NCBI RefSeq assembly: GCF_006345805.1
Contig: NC_043011.1
Coordinates: 21,030,464 to 21,094,463, forward strand
From: Octopus sinensis
Taxonomy: Eukaryota
Direction of reading: 5' to 3'
DNA length: 64,000 nt
Part shown: piece after piece, positions 1 through 14,640 of the stretch
Layout of the letters: the number at the start of each line of letters is the position of its first letter
Position numbering within the stretch: the first letter of the stretch is position 1
The notes under the pieces: model-generated
What the model was told of the DNA's origin: nothing
The model's database searches: none
Seen by the model: only the letters and a program-made list of their open reading frames with translations
Position numbers and translations under genes: made by a program

Positions 1-3000
1 ACAGGCTTTCAAATTCATGCATATGTATGCATTATTAGCGCATAAAATGTACTATTTCTTAGTTATGTAGCTTGAAGTTAGAGTTATGTACCATGATCAG
101 AAAATGTAAGGGAGATGACTCGGAGTTTCATTATGTATCCTGTTGAGATGGCGACTTATCAAGAGTCGTTACAAGTTCAGGCAGAATGTTTTACAGTGTT
201 TGTTTTCGTCCTCTGTGCTCTGAATTCGAAAGTCTACGAAGTCATTTTTATTTTTCATCCTTTTTGAGATCGATAAATAAAATATCGGTCACTGTACTGG
301 AAACGATTCTTCTTTCACAGTCTCCCTGTGTTCAGACCTCGATAGGGAAGGACTCCATCAGGTTTATAATACTGAATATTATAAATACTGAATCCTGCCC
401 TCCCGCACAAACACTGAATGGTTAATGAAATTTGTTTCTGGAGCAGGGACAGACCCTTGAAACTGCAGGCTCTTGTAGACTGGTGAGATTGACATGACTA
501 ATGCACCACCAAAAAGCATCTATCAGTAAATGTTTGCAAAAGTGATCTCTGCTGCTTAAAGGCACATAAGAACCAGGAAGTGGTGTTAGAAATCTCATAT
601 GCTTGTAAAATATACTTAACTAAAAGTACCAAGGCAGTTTAGGCTGTTAACTCATTCATCATTGCCTTCCGTGACAAGTCCTACTTCACTTAACATTTAT
701 TTCAAGAAGGAGATGCAGTACCTAAAATTTAACAGGCATCCTAGACTCATAACACTCATGGCCTCTGCTGGTCCTTTGGATTAGTAACACCCATAACTTT
801 TGTAAGCCTTCTCAATAGCTGCCATAACCTTTGGAGGCTTCCTGGATTAATAGTTTCCTTAGCTTTTCTTTCTAGAATGATGAGGTTGGTTGATGCTAAT
901 GGGGTGTGGTGGAGCAAATGTGGACAGTAGGAAGTGAGTTATAGAGATTTGATGTAGGGCGGCGAGCTGACAGAATTGTTAGCACGCCGGGCGGAATGCT
1001 TAGTGGTATTTCGTCTGCCGTTGCATTCTGAGTTCAAGTTCTGCCGAGGTCGACTTTGCCTTTCATCCTTTCAGGGTCGATGAAGTAAGTACCTATTTCT
1101 ATTTCTTTACTACCCACTAGGGGCTAATCACAGAGGGGACAAACAAGGACAGATAAACAGATTAAGTCGATTACATTGACCCCAGTGCGTAACTGGTACT
1201 TAATTTATCGACCCCGAAAGGATGAAAGGCAAAGTCGACCTTGGCGGAATTTGAACTCAGAATGTAGTGGCAGACGAAATACCACTAAGCATTTTGCTCG
1301 GCACGCTAACATTTCTGCAAGCTCGCCGCCTTTAAATAAGTACCAGTTACGCACTGGGGTCAATGCAATTGACTTAATCTCTTTGTCTGTCCTTGTTTGT
1401 CCCCTCTGCGTTTAGCCCCTTGTGGGCAATAAAGAAAAATATATAGGGAGTTGATGCTCTGAAAAGGAGGAACTTGGCAAACTTTGATGAAGTAAGTTAA
1501 AGTACTAATAAAGGGGAAGAATAGGTTCAGGTAGTTTGCAGCTTCTTATTTTAGAGCAACAAAAGTTGTAAAAGTTGTACACAAGGCAGAGAGAGGACAC
1601 GGTGTTGTGTAGTTTTGTTTTCGTGGCATGTTTGGTGGAATTGTCAATAAGTGAGATGGTGCTGTCTGGATTGGGTTTTTGTTTACCGAAATCCGCTCAC
1701 AAGAGTTTGGTTGACCTGGGTCTGTAGTAGAATGAGACTTGCCCAAGTGTCACACAGTGGGACTGAACTCAAGACTACTACATAGTTGGAAAGCAAGCTT
1801 CTTAACCACATAATCGCATTTGCATAACACAGAAAAGCCAATCTCTGGGAGATTTGGTCCCATAGAAACTATACACATGGTCACTAAGAAGAAAAACTAA
1901 TTGAAAATTGTAAAGGAAGGATGGTTGTCTACAACTGTTTTTATGACTTTAAAGAGGCTGAAAGTGAATTCAGTAGGAATAAGAGTTGATAGAGATATTG
2001 CCATGGGACACACAGGCATACATGCTGTGACATGTTCCGATAGGTGGTGGGAAGACTAGGTTCCTTGAAAACGAAAAAAAGATTTGAAGATGGGAGCTAT
2101 ATCTGGAGTCTAAAGGTAACTGAGAGGATACAGCCAGGTTTACTTGTCTCAGTCATTTGACCATGGTCATGCTGGAGCACCGTTTTAGTCGAGCAAATTG
2201 ACCCCAGAACTTTTTCTTTGCAAGCCTAGTACTTATTCTATCGGTCGCTTTTGCCAAATCGCTAAGTTATGGGGACGTAAACACACCAGCATCGGTTGTC
2301 AAGCGATGTTGGGGGGACAAACACAGTCACACAAACACACACACACACTCACATACATACATACGATGGGCTTCTTTCAGTTTCCATCTACCAAATCCAC
2401 TCACAAGGCTTTGGTCGGCTTGAGGCGATAGTAGAAGACACTTGCCTTAAGGTACCATGCAGTGGGACTGCACCTGGAACCATGTGGTTGGTAAGCAAGC
2501 TACTTACCACACAGCCACTCCTGTTACTTCTTTTAGGCTGGAGTGATCAGAGAGGTTATGACACTTGGTGACTATGTGTGTATACGGTAATGAAGAAAAT
2601 AGCCTGGGAAAATTTTGTTGCATGTAGGGTGTTGGGGAAATGTTGTTACTTTATTTGTATGAATGATATTTTTGTTGCTGAATTCCTGTTAAGATGCACT
2701 GCTTTTCTTTTAATTAATTTTGGTAATTAATATTATTAAATTGGAGTTTGGAACATAAATTGATATGAAATGTTTTTATTTAGATTACTTTAACTCTTTT
2801 AGCATTCTGATTATTGTCAAATCCGTTGCCATCGCCGCCTCGACTGGCCTCCGTGCCGGTGGCACATAAAAAGCACCAACCGATCGTGGTCGTTGCCAGC
2901 CTCGCCTGGCTCCTGTGCCGGTGGCACATAAAAAGCACCCACTACACTCGTGGAGTGGTTGGTGTTAGGAAGGTCATCCAGCTGTAGAAACACTGCCAGA

Positions 3001-3626
3001 TCAGACTGGGCCTGGTGCAGCCTCCTGGCTTCCCAAACCCCGGTCGAACCATTCAACCCATGCTAGCATGGAAAGCGGACGTTAAACGATGATGATGATA
3101 ATTATGTTCATTTATTCACATTGTTTTGAATTAATCATGAATTATCTCATAGCTTTGAGATTTCAGTGATATAATTGTTTTATTTTTAGAATGACAATGG
3201 AGGGTTGATGTGAGAAAGTGGATGTGGCCAGTTAAAAAAAAGAAAGAAACAGATAGAATATTTGGGCCAGATATGACCAGTTTGAAGACAAAAGGGTTAA
3301 AATAGGAAGGTTTTGGGTGGCTTCGTATCTAAAGGATTAAATAGCCATCTTTGAGGCAATTGAGGAGTGACAGGTAAGACCACAATGCAGAGGTAGCAAG
3401 ATGCTGTGGGTAGGTCGTAATCCTTTCCTGCCTAACTGCGGCTATCCCACATATATCCTGCATACCCCATAAGTTCCTGCACCTACCTATCGCCTTAAGA
3501 AAAAGGATCTGAATTGTTCTTGCTTGCCCCTAATATTCTTGAAACTCATTTTTTTTTATCCAATACAGATAAGAAGTAAGGAGTGTTGATAAATTTAAAT
3601 GTAGTAGTTATATATGGTTAGTATAA

Positions 3627-4200
3627 ACATCATCATCATTTAACGTCCGCTTTCCATGCTAGCATGGGTTGGACGATTTGACTGAGGACTGGCAAACCAG
3701 ATGGCTGCGCAAGGCTCCAATCTGATCTGGCAGATTTTCTACAGCTGGATGCCCTTCCTAATGCCAACCACTCCGAGAGTGTAGTGGGTGCTTTTACGTG
3801 CCACCGGCATGAGGGCCAGTCTGGCAGTACTGGCAATGGCCATGCTCGAAATGGTGTTTTTTACGTGCCACCTGCACAGGAGTCAGTCCAGAGGCACTGG
3901 CAACGACTTCGCTTGAATGTTTTTTCATGTGCCAGTAAGGCGACATTGGTAACAATCACACTCAAATAGTGCTTTTTACGTGCCACCGGCACGGAAGCCA
4001 TGCAGCCGCTCTGGCAGTGATCCCACTTGGATGGAGCTGTTAGCGCTCCACAGGCATGGGTGCCAGTCATTGATTTTGGTTTCAGTTATGATTTCACTTG
4101 CCCCAACAGGTCTTCGCAAGCAGAGTTTAGTGTCCAATGAAGGGAGGTTGGCATGGGTGCCAGTCGTCGAATTTGGTTCGGTTTCGAATTCAATTTCTTT
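3627..4200 (-). mobile_element. RTE-family 3' tail copy, representative of about 20 copies. Others approx. 2820-3100(+), 9277-9690, 10246-10450, 10785-11193(+), 21932-22420, 27540-27810, 33085-33370(+), 47087-47450, 51486-51640, 54381-54622, 58047-58520, 60200-60350(+)
   Basis: Shares catcatcat-tttaacgtccgctttccatgctagcatggg...ctggatgcccttcctaacgccaaccactcc...gtgcttttacgtgccaccggcac with the tail of the RT-bearing copy at 14641. Confidence 0.88.
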
Positions 4201-4885
4201 TCTAAACATAGAAAAGAGTATTAATAAACATACCTACAGTATATGAGATGAAACTATGTATGTTTGTATAGGGTGCTAACATAATCGAGTAGTTAGGGAT
4301 TTATCTTCACTGTCATGAGGTCCTATGATTGAGTTTGCTGCGTGACACCAACCTTGGCTTCAGGTCAACAAAGCCTTTGTAGAAGGAAAGGAAAGTCTAT
4401 GGAAATCTATTGGATGAACCATTTCTGTAATTCAAAGAGTGCCTTGTCATTCACAGTGCCATGATGATTCTGCATAAGTAAATACTTTTAAGAAACAACA
4501 AATTTGTTTGTGGAATACCCAGCCACTTATGCTAAAATTTAACGAGTTTGTTGTTCTGTTTATTGAACAACTGGAATACTTTTTATAAGAACTAATAGAT
4601 AAGTACCCCTCCATACATACACACACCACTCAAATTGTGTGTGTGTGTGTGCAAATACATGTGTTGAATAAATTTCGCTTGAACAATGAATACATATTAA
4701 AAAAATATGGTTCCAGGTTCTGTCCCACTGTGTGGCACCTTGGGTAAGTGTTTTCTTTTATAGCCTTGGGCTGAACAATGCCTTTGAGTGGGTTTGATAG
4801 ATGGAAACTGAAAGAAGCCTGTCATACTCACACACACACACACATATATATATACATACATATATATATATATATATTATATATA

Positions 4886-4936
<51 letters not shown>

Positions 4937-5612
4937 TATATATAATATTTTTTCCAGATGAAAATTTACTTCCTCTGCTAAGGGAATAATGATGACTACA
5001 AAAAGACATTATATGATAATAATATTCATTATTTCTTTGATGATATCATGGTCTTTTTGACAGAAACAGCTGTCTGGGATAATTGAAGAAATGAATAATC
5101 CATCATTAGCATCAAAATTTGCTTCATTTCATTTTATTTGATGACATTTGTTGAACTCTGTTTAATGAATTGATTCTTATAATGATCATTTGCTTATATA
5201 TATAGGCAGGGATGAGATATTCAAGTTAAGAATATTAAGTTGAATTATTCTCAATAAATAAATACATATATATCAAAGTATAATTAGAGACAGAAATCCC
5301 CATAAATTCATCAAATCAAGATGCCACACAGTAAGTCTGAACTCAAGACAACATGCATGTTTGTGTGTGTGTGTGTATAGATTTAGATATGTATATATAT
5401 ATATTTGAAAGTCTATGAGATTTATTAAATACAGTTTTTGAAGTGAACAGCTGATTTAAAAAAAAAAATTATTTAACAAAATAATTTAACCTTTTCAAAC
5501 ATACATGTATATATATATATATAAAGTTAATCCAAACAAGAAAATACAAAAAAACACAACGCGATGACGTGGAACAAATATAGTATTATTGGACGCTCAG
5601 GAAAGAAGGAGG

Positions 5613-5647
5613 GTTTAACATTTAGAGCGGAGCTCTTCGTCGGAAAC
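5613..5647 (-). ncRNA. Degenerate hammerhead-like motif, same mini-element family (~5522-5710)
   Basis: GUUU CCGACGA A GAGC UCC GCUC UAAA UG UU AAAC. Helices are intact; GAAA is mutated. Confidence 0.45.
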
Positions 5648-5984
5648 ATAGGAGAAGGGAAGACAGAGGGAAAAAATCGCCAACGGTACACACGAGGTCA
5701 CATTTTGAAATGTATGTATATATATATATATATATATAGTATGTCATCAATTAATGCTTATTTTCCATGTTGATATGAGCTGGATTGCTGGCCTGGACCA
5801 GCAAATCACATCCCCACCACCGTACACTCACATATCATCATCATCACCATTTTTGCTTAACATCTGTTTCTCTGTTGGCATGGATTAGAAGGTTTGACAG
5901 AAGCTGGCAAGTCAGAAGACTGCACCAAACTCTACTGCCTGCTTTGGCTTGATTTCTGAAGCAGATGGTTAAGCTTGATGAAGA

Positions 5985-6084
5985 CGATAATATATACATT
6001 TACACACACACACTATATATAAATGTATGTATATATGGGTATGTATGTATATATATATATATGTATGTATGATGTATATATATG

Positions 6085-6141
<57 letters not shown>

Positions 6142-6284
6142 GTATGTATCTATATGTGTATATATGTATGTATGTATATATGTATGTATGTGTATATATG
6201 TATGTATATGTATGTGTATATATATGTATGTGTATATATATATATGTATGTGTATATGTATGTATGTATGTATATGTACGTGTG

Positions 6285-6315
<31 letters not shown>

Positions 6316-6435
6316 GTGTATATATATATGTATATATATATATATGTATATATATTTGTATGTATATATATATATATGTATGTATGTATGCGTATGTATA
6401 TATGTATGTATGTATGTATGTATGCGTATGTATAT

Positions 6436-6469
<34 letters not shown>

Positions 6470-6725
6470 GTGTATGTATATATATGTATGTATGTGTATG
6501 TATATGTATGTATGTATGTGTATGTATATATATATGTATGTATGTATGCGTATGTATATATATATGTATGTATGTATGCGTATGTATATATATATGTATG
6601 TATGTATGCGTATGTATAAATATATGTATGTATGTATGCGTATGTATAAATATATGTATGTGTATATATGTATGTATGTGTATGTATATATATATATGTA
6701 TGTGTATGTATATATATATATTATG

Positions 6726-6775
<50 letters not shown>

Positions 6776-6830
6776 TATATGTGTATGTGTTTGTATGTAT
6801 GTATATATATGCATGTATATCTATCTATAT
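5985..6830. repeat. Compound (TA)n/(TATG)n microsatellite
   Basis: Visible directly; source of the spurious Y/I/M/C ORFs. Confidence 0.95.
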
Positions 6831-8329
6831 ATAGGGAAATTAAACAGGAAATCTAAGATTTCAGCTATCACTGCATTTAATTTACATATGCAATAATGGG
6901 TGAAATTTTAGATTTATTCTCGACTATTTCATAACATCAAGAGATGTGTGGGTGTGTAGGCACATGACCTAGTGGTTAGGGTGTTGCACTCATGATTGTA
7001 AGATCACAGTTTCAATTCCCCACACTGGCAGTACATTGTGTTCTTGAGCAAAATGCTTCATTTTGCATTTGCTCAAGTCCACTCGACAATAAATGGGTAA
7101 CATTACAATAGATTGGTGATATGTTCAGGGGTAACGCTGGCTCTGCCCATCTAGCCAGTGAGGTAGCATCACTTGAGAGCTAAAATAATATGAGGAAGCA
7201 CATTGTGACCAGCAGGGTTTAACACCGTCTGATAGTCTGGTTGATGCAGTAATACAGTGATATCTTTTATATCATCATCATCATTTAATGTCCGCCTTCC
7301 GTATATGCATGGGTAGAACAATTGATAAGAACTGGCCAGGTAGAAAATTACCCCAGGCTACTGTGCCTGTTTTACTCTTTTACTTCTCTTTTACTTGTTT
7401 CAGTCATTTGACTGTGGTCATGCTGGAGCACCACCTTTAGTCGAGTGAATCAACCCCAGGACTTATTCTTTGTCAGCCTTATACTTATTCTATCGGTCTC
7501 TTTTGCCAAACCGCTAAGTTAGAGGGACGTAAACACATCAGCATCAGATGTCAAGCGATGGTGGCGGGGACAAACACAGACACACAAACACATACACACA
7601 CATACATATATATATATAGTACAAAGTAAGATAGAGGTTATGAATGTAACCCACTATGGGATATCAATTATCCATATATATATATATATACATTTATACG
7701 ACGGGCTTCTTTCAGTTTCCGTCTACCAAATCCACTCACAAGGCTTTGGTCAGCCCGAGGCTATAGCAGAAGACACTTGCCCAAGGTGCCATGCAGTGGG
7801 ACTGAACCCGGAACCATGTGGTTCGTAAGCAAGCTACTTACCATACATCCACTCCTGCGCCTTTTGGCAAGGGTTTTACAGCTCGGTGCTCTTCCTAACT
7901 CCAACCATTTAGTGCTTTTTATGTGGCATTAACACAGGAGAGGTTAGTTTTGGCATGATTTTTACAGCTGGATGCCCTTCCAGATGCTAATGTCTAACCC
8001 ACATCAACATGGAAAACAGACAAATGCGAATGGTGAGGTGCATGGCTTAGTGGTTAGAGTGTTGCACTTACAATCACTAGATTGTGATTTCAATTCTTAG
8101 CCCAGGTGGTGCATTGTTTTTGAGCAAAGCACTTCATCTTCATGCTGCTCTGTGATCCCTTCAATATCTGAAGCGTGGTACACTGTGCACCTATTTAGAC
8201 AACGTCGATTTGATGAAGAGAGTGAGCTAATGTATGGCACAAACATTCGATCACTATAAATAAATCATTTGTGCAGGTCGTTCGGCGAAGCTGAACACTC
8301 ACGTGTCGTCTTCAATGGGAGAGTCCATT

Positions 8330-9070
8330 ATATCTCTTATATAAAATCCGTTCTGTCTGTCTGTGTGTGTGTGTGGCTTCTAGGATCTCAGAAACCCTCC
8401 ATCCGATTGTACTCAAATTTGATGTGTAGATACTGACGGTAACAGAGTGTGTATCAAGTCTTGAAAAAATTACAAAAATCAATTCCAGGTGAGAAGGCAA
8501 TCGATAAAGCCGTGGGAAATCGTTTTTGTTTGGTTGCACAATCGACTATATGGGGCTGATAGGAGTTGCTTCTCTTAACACCAAGCATGCATATTTCATA
8601 CACAGTCAATCATTTTTCTTTCTTTTTCTTTCAACTACTGTTGAGTGTCAAACTCAATTTATCTCAGAAACCCTGCATCCGATTGCACTCAAATTTGATA
8701 TGTAGATACCGATGGTATCAGGGCATGTATAAGTCTTGAAAAAAATTACAAAAGTCGATTCCAGGTGAGAATGCGATCGATAAAGCCGTGGGAAATCGCT
8801 TTTCTTTGGTTGCACAATCGACTATATGGGGCTGATAGGAGTTGCTTCTCTTAACACCAAGCATGCATATTTCATACACAGTCAATCATTTTTCTTTCTT
8901 TTTCTTTCAACTACTGTTGAGTGCCAAACTCAATTTATCTCAGAAACCCTCCATCCGATTGCACTCAAATTTGATATGTAGATACCGACGGTATCGGGGC
9001 GCGTATCAAGTCTTGAAAAAAATTACAAAAATCGATTCCAGGTGAGAAGGCAATCGATAAAGTCATGGGA
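8330..9070 (+). repeat. Helitron-like element with ~2.5 tandem copies of a 276-bp unit
   Basis: atctcagaaaccc recurs at 8385, 8661 and 8937. It begins tatctcttatataaaa...ctgtctgtctg, like the 5' end at 49517. Confidence 0.75.
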
Positions 9071-10638
9071 AATCCTTTTTCTTTGGAATAGAAAAAAAGT
9101 CTATCTTTATTTCTTCTTTTACTGGTGTCTCAAATTTAGGTTAAATCACTGTTTCTCAAAGGGAAGCCTATGGGACGGTCAGACAAGTTGTTTTGAGAAA
9201 ATTTGGTTTAAATGTTTGACAAACTCAGCACCGTCCATTGGACAAGGGGCGTTTTGCTTGTGTATATATATATATTATCATCATCATCATCATTTAACGT
9301 CCACTTTCCATGCTAGCATGGGTTGGACGATTTGACTGAGGTCTGGCGAACCAGATTCCAATCTGGTCTGGCAGAGTTTCTACAGCTGGATGCCCTTCCT
9401 GACACCAACCACTCTGAGAGTGCAGTGAGTGCTTTTACATTCCACCGGCACGAGGGCCAGTTTGGTGGCACTGGTAGCGGCCACGCCCAAATGGTGCTTT
9501 TTATGTGCCACCTGCACAGGAGCCAGTCCAGCGGCACTGGCGACGACCTCGCTTGAATGTTTCACATGCCAGCAGCACAAGATCTAGTAAGGCGACGCGG
9601 TAATGATCACGCTTGAATGGTGTGTTTAACGTGCCATTGGCAATGATCTCACTCGTATGGTACTCTTAGCGCTGGATGCCAGACACCGAGTTATGTATAT
9701 ATGTATGTATAAGTAAAAGTGATTAATAAATCCAGGTAGATATCAATAATGTACTCAGTGTTAAATGAATTTGGTTAGCTGTATCCAACAATCAGATACC
9801 AATAAATGCAAGTAGAATAAACGTCCAAGGTAATTCTTCATGCCTGACAAGTAAATCCAAAATATTGGTCAGAAGAATTTCAAGAAATTCTGAGTTTAAG
9901 ACACCAAGAATAAGAATGGAGAAAATCACATCTTTAATTGGTGATTACACCATACATTATTGTCAATCATTTCTGTTGTGCCAGCATATTTAGATACAGA
10001 AAAATGTAGAACATACCAGCCAAATTAATATATCTGAAAACAGATGATAACACAATGTTATCAAGGCAATTCAATGTTGTGTTAGCATATATTTCAGAAT
10101 ATATTAATTTGACTGATATTTTATACATTTTTCTGTAACTAAACAGGCTGGCACAATAGAAACAATCGTTGATAATATATGGTCTAATCATCAATTGAAA
10201 ATGTGATTTTCTCTATTCTTATACTTGTTGTCTTATATATATATATTATCATCATCATCATTTAACGTCCGTTTTCCATGCTAGCATGGGTTGGACAGTT
10301 CAACCGGGGTCTGGGAAACCAGGGGTCTGCACCAGGCTCCAGTCTGATCTGGCAGTGTTTCTACAGCTGGATGCCCTTCTTAACGCCAACCACTCCGTGA
10401 GTATAGTGGGTGCTTTTTACGTGCCAGGGGAGGCTGGCAACGGCCACGATATATATATATATATATGCCGGAGTGGCTGTGTGGTAAGTTGCTTACCAAC
10501 CACATGGTTCTGGGTTCAGTCCCACTGCATAGCACCTTGGGCAAGTGAAGAAGGTAAAAAGAGAGAAAATAGAAAGCTTCTGACAATGCAGAAAGTTTTA
10601 TAAAACCTGCATAACTCAACATTTCTCAGACTGTTTTG

Positions 10639-10674
10639 CTTCTGAAGATGGGCCTTTATGCCTGAAATATAAAG
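10639..10674 (+). ncRNA. Minimal hammerhead-like motif between 58-bp imperfect inverted arms
   Basis: CUU CUGAAGA U GGGC cuuuau GCCU GAAA UA UA AAG. Arms at 10551-10608 and 10673-10730. Confidence 0.45.
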
Positions 10675-11899
10675 GTTTTATAAAACTTTCCTCACTGTCA
10701 GAATATTTCTGCTTTCTCTCTTTTTACCTTTCATGGCACTACAATGCTTCAAGTAAACTACAACGCTCATATATATATATAAGAAAACCATCCGAACGTG
10801 GCCGTAGCCAGTACCGCATCGACGGGCCTCCATGCTGTGGGCACGTAACAAACACCATCCGATCATGGCCGTTCGCCAGCCTCATCTGACACCTGTGTCG
10901 GTGGCACATAAAAACACCATCCGAGCGTGGCCGTCTGCCAGCCTTGTCTGGCACCTGTGTCGGTGGCACATAAAAAACACTGTCTGAGCGTGGCCGTTCG
11001 CCAGCCTCGTCTGGCACCTGTGTCGGTGGCACATAAAATCACCCACTACACTCTCGGAGTGGTTGGCGTTAGGAAGGGCATCCAGCTGTAGAAACACTGA
11101 CTGGCCTGGTGCAGCCTTCAGGCTCCCCAGACCCCAGTTGAACCGTCCAACCCATGCTAGCATGGAAAGCGGACGTTAAATGATGATGATGATGCTATAT
11201 ATAGTTGTTTTGGGGATGTGTACTCTTGCAAGCCGCAAGTTGGCCTCATTAGTGCTGATGGCATGGAAAAAAGCACCCAGTACATGCTGCAAATTAGGAT
11301 GGGCATCAAGCCATAGAAACCATACCAAAGTGTACCTGTCAAACTATCCAACCCATGCCATATGGAATGTGTACAGTAATTAATAATATAGATTATGTGT
11401 GTTTCTGTCTATCTATCTACACACATGCACGCACACATGTACTAATGTTAACTTTTGGACTATTTTGAAGTAATTTTGAGAATACCAACTGCATATGACG
11501 ATCAGCATTAGTAATTAATTGCTAACAGTAGAATCAAATTCATTATAAAAATTAAGTTTGATTTTGATTTCAGGTTTCATTTAGCTTTATTCAAACATTG
11601 CTGGTTGAATTAAGCTGGTAGGCAAAAAAATCTTGAATTCCCAGTTAAAACTTATTTAATTATGTCTCCATAATCCCCGCCCCCAACTCTCTCTCTCTCT
11701 CTTACTGCAATACAGTGGTTGCGATACATATTGAACTAGTAATGTCTACACTTTTTTCAACACTTAATTAGCTACTTCAACTGCCCTGTATTACATTCAA
11801 ACAGGAAAGCTGCGACCTATTTACTGTAAGGGATAAACTGAGTCAGTTTTAGTTAATTTGGTGTTGAAAGGATTTTAGTTTAACACACATACATTTCTC

Positions 11900-12020
11900 T
11901 CTACGTTTGTGTGTGCATGTGTGTGTGTGTGTGTGTGTGTGTGTTGTGTTTCATCACATGCAGGTTTTCACATGCATTCATTCACTTGCAGTGTTAAATA
12001 CTCTTACTGCATTATATATA

Positions 12021-12054
<34 letters not shown>

Positions 12055-13381
12055 CACACACATATATATATATGTATATATTATATATATATGTGTATAT
12101 ATATGTGTATATAATATGTATATATACATATATATATATGTATATATATATATATATGTATATATATACATATATATATATGTATATGTATATATGTATA
12201 TGTATATGTATATATGTATATGTATATATACATATATATGTATATATATACACATATATGTATATATATATGTATGTATATATATGTATATATATGTGTA
12301 TATATATATATGTATGTGTATATATGTATATATATACATATATATATGTATATATATACATGTATATATGTATATATATACATATATATATGTATATATA
12401 TAACATATATATATATGTATATATATACATATATATGTATATATATACATATATATGTATATATATACATATATATATATGTATATATATACATATATAT
12501 ATATGTATAATATACATATATATGTATATATATACATATATATGTATATATATATGTATATATATACATATATGTGTATATATATATGTATATATATACA
12601 TATATATATGTATATGTATATATGTGTATATATATATGTGTTATATATATGTGTATATATATATGTGTATATATACATGTATATGTGTATATATATATGT
12701 ATATAATATACATATATATGTGTATATATATATGTGTATTATATATGTATATATGTGTATATATATATTATATGTGTATATATAATATGTATATATATAC
12801 ATTATATGTGTATATATATTGTGTATATATATACATATATATGTGTATATATATATGTGTATATATATATGTATATATTATACATATATATGTGTATAAT
12901 ATATGTATATATATATATATATATATGTGATATATATATATATGTATTATATATATATATATTATATGTGTATATATGTATGTATATATATATATACATA
13001 TATATGTGTATATATATATGTATATATATATATATATATGTGTATATATATTGTATATATATATACATATATATGTGTATATATATATGTATATATATAT
13101 ACATATATATATGTATATATGTGTATATATTATGTATATATATACTATATATGTGTATATATAATATGTATATATATACATATATATGGTATATATATAT
13201 GTATATATATACATATATATGTGTATATATATATGTATATATATACATATATATGTGTATATATATATGTATATATATACATATATATGTGTATATATAT
13301 ATGTGTGTGTGTGTATATATGTATGTATATATATATCATCATCATCATCGTCCGTTTTCCGTGCTAGCACGGGTTGGATGG

Positions 13382-13416
<35 letters not shown>

Positions 13417-13520
13417 GAAATGTATATGTATACATATGTATGTATATATGTATGCACACATAGATGCATACACACATGCATATACATACATGTACGTGGT
13501 ATGTGTATATGTATGTATTT
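11900..13520. repeat. ~1.6-kb compound (TG)/(TA)/(TATG) microsatellite containing a short RTE tail stub at ~13337-13381
   Basis: Visible directly. Confidence 0.95.
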
Positions 13521-14640
13521 GGTGTGAAATGCCATGTTAATTGTCAATTGTCATTTCTGTGTGATTATAGAAGCAGACCTGTCTGAATACTCAGCCAGAA
13601 TGGGTAATCGTCAGAAATTGTACACAGGCTTTCACATTAGTTTCAAACCAATCACTTCTGGGAACGTGTAAAGCAGGAAGACAATTAAGTAATTGAAGAA
13701 CCAGCTGCACTCACTGTGCACTGACAGCTGGTGCATGTGTACAAGCTTCTCTAAATAAATACATCCACATGCACTTTACAGCAACATCATTTAGCTATGC
13801 AGATAATGCCGTTGCTTTCCATCAACTTATTGAGCTGAATACAGCAACAATTGGTGCTTGTTACCTAGAGCAATGACCTTTGGAAATTAGTAATAGCTGG
13901 GTCTGAACTAGAGAGGGAGAGAGAGAGAGAGAGAAAGGGACAAATATTTTAACTCTTTAATTTAATTAAATTGTTAAGCATTTAAAAGATATCACTGTAC
14001 TAGGTGCAAGCATGGTTGTGTGGTAAGAAGCTGGCAGAAACGTTAGCACGCCAGGCGAAATGGTTAGCGGTATTTCGTCTGCCGCTACGTTCTGAGTTCA
14101 AATTCTGCCGAGGTCAACTCTGCCTTTCATCCTTTCAGGGATCGATAAATTAAGTACCATTTACGCACTGGGGCCAATATAATTGACTTAATACACACAG
14201 AGGGGACAAACAAGTCTGTACTTGTTTGTCGCCTTTGTGTCTAGCCCCTTGTAGGTAGCAAAGAAATAAGAAGCTTGCTTGCCAACCATATGGTCTGGGT
14301 TCTGTCTCACTGCATGGCACCTTGTGCAAGTGTCTCCTACTACAGCCTTGGGCCAACCAAAGCCTTGTGAATGGATTTGATAAACAGAAACTGAAAGAAT
14401 CCCATCACACATATGCACATATGTGTGTCTTTGTGTCTGTTTTGTCCCCTCACCCCCTGCCACCAATTGACAACCGGTGTCAATGTGTTTATGTCCCCAT
14501 AACTTGGCAGTTTAGCCCCCGCAAAAAAATCAATAGAATAAGTGCCAAACTTTAAAAAAAAGAAGCATACTGGGTCTGATATGTTTAGCATTATAGTCTG
14601 TCCACTTTTAGTGGTCAGTCCTCTAAATTTTGTATATATA

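Noticed and set aside
640-860. Possible very old LINE fragment on the minus strand
   Set aside because: No diagnostic motif could be read with confidence.
11560-11620. tttcAG...GTaggc candidate for an upstream transporter exon
   Set aside because: The translation does not resemble the CHT1 segment preceding LGGIPWQ. No upstream exon was found in 1-17988.
5969-13547. Long ORFs (up to 292 aa) composed of Y/I/M/C/V/H/T
   Set aside because: They are translations of (TA)/(TATG)/(TG) microsatellites, open in several frames on both strands. The same applies at 4758-5009, 43359-43938, 48788-49077 and 51060-51549.
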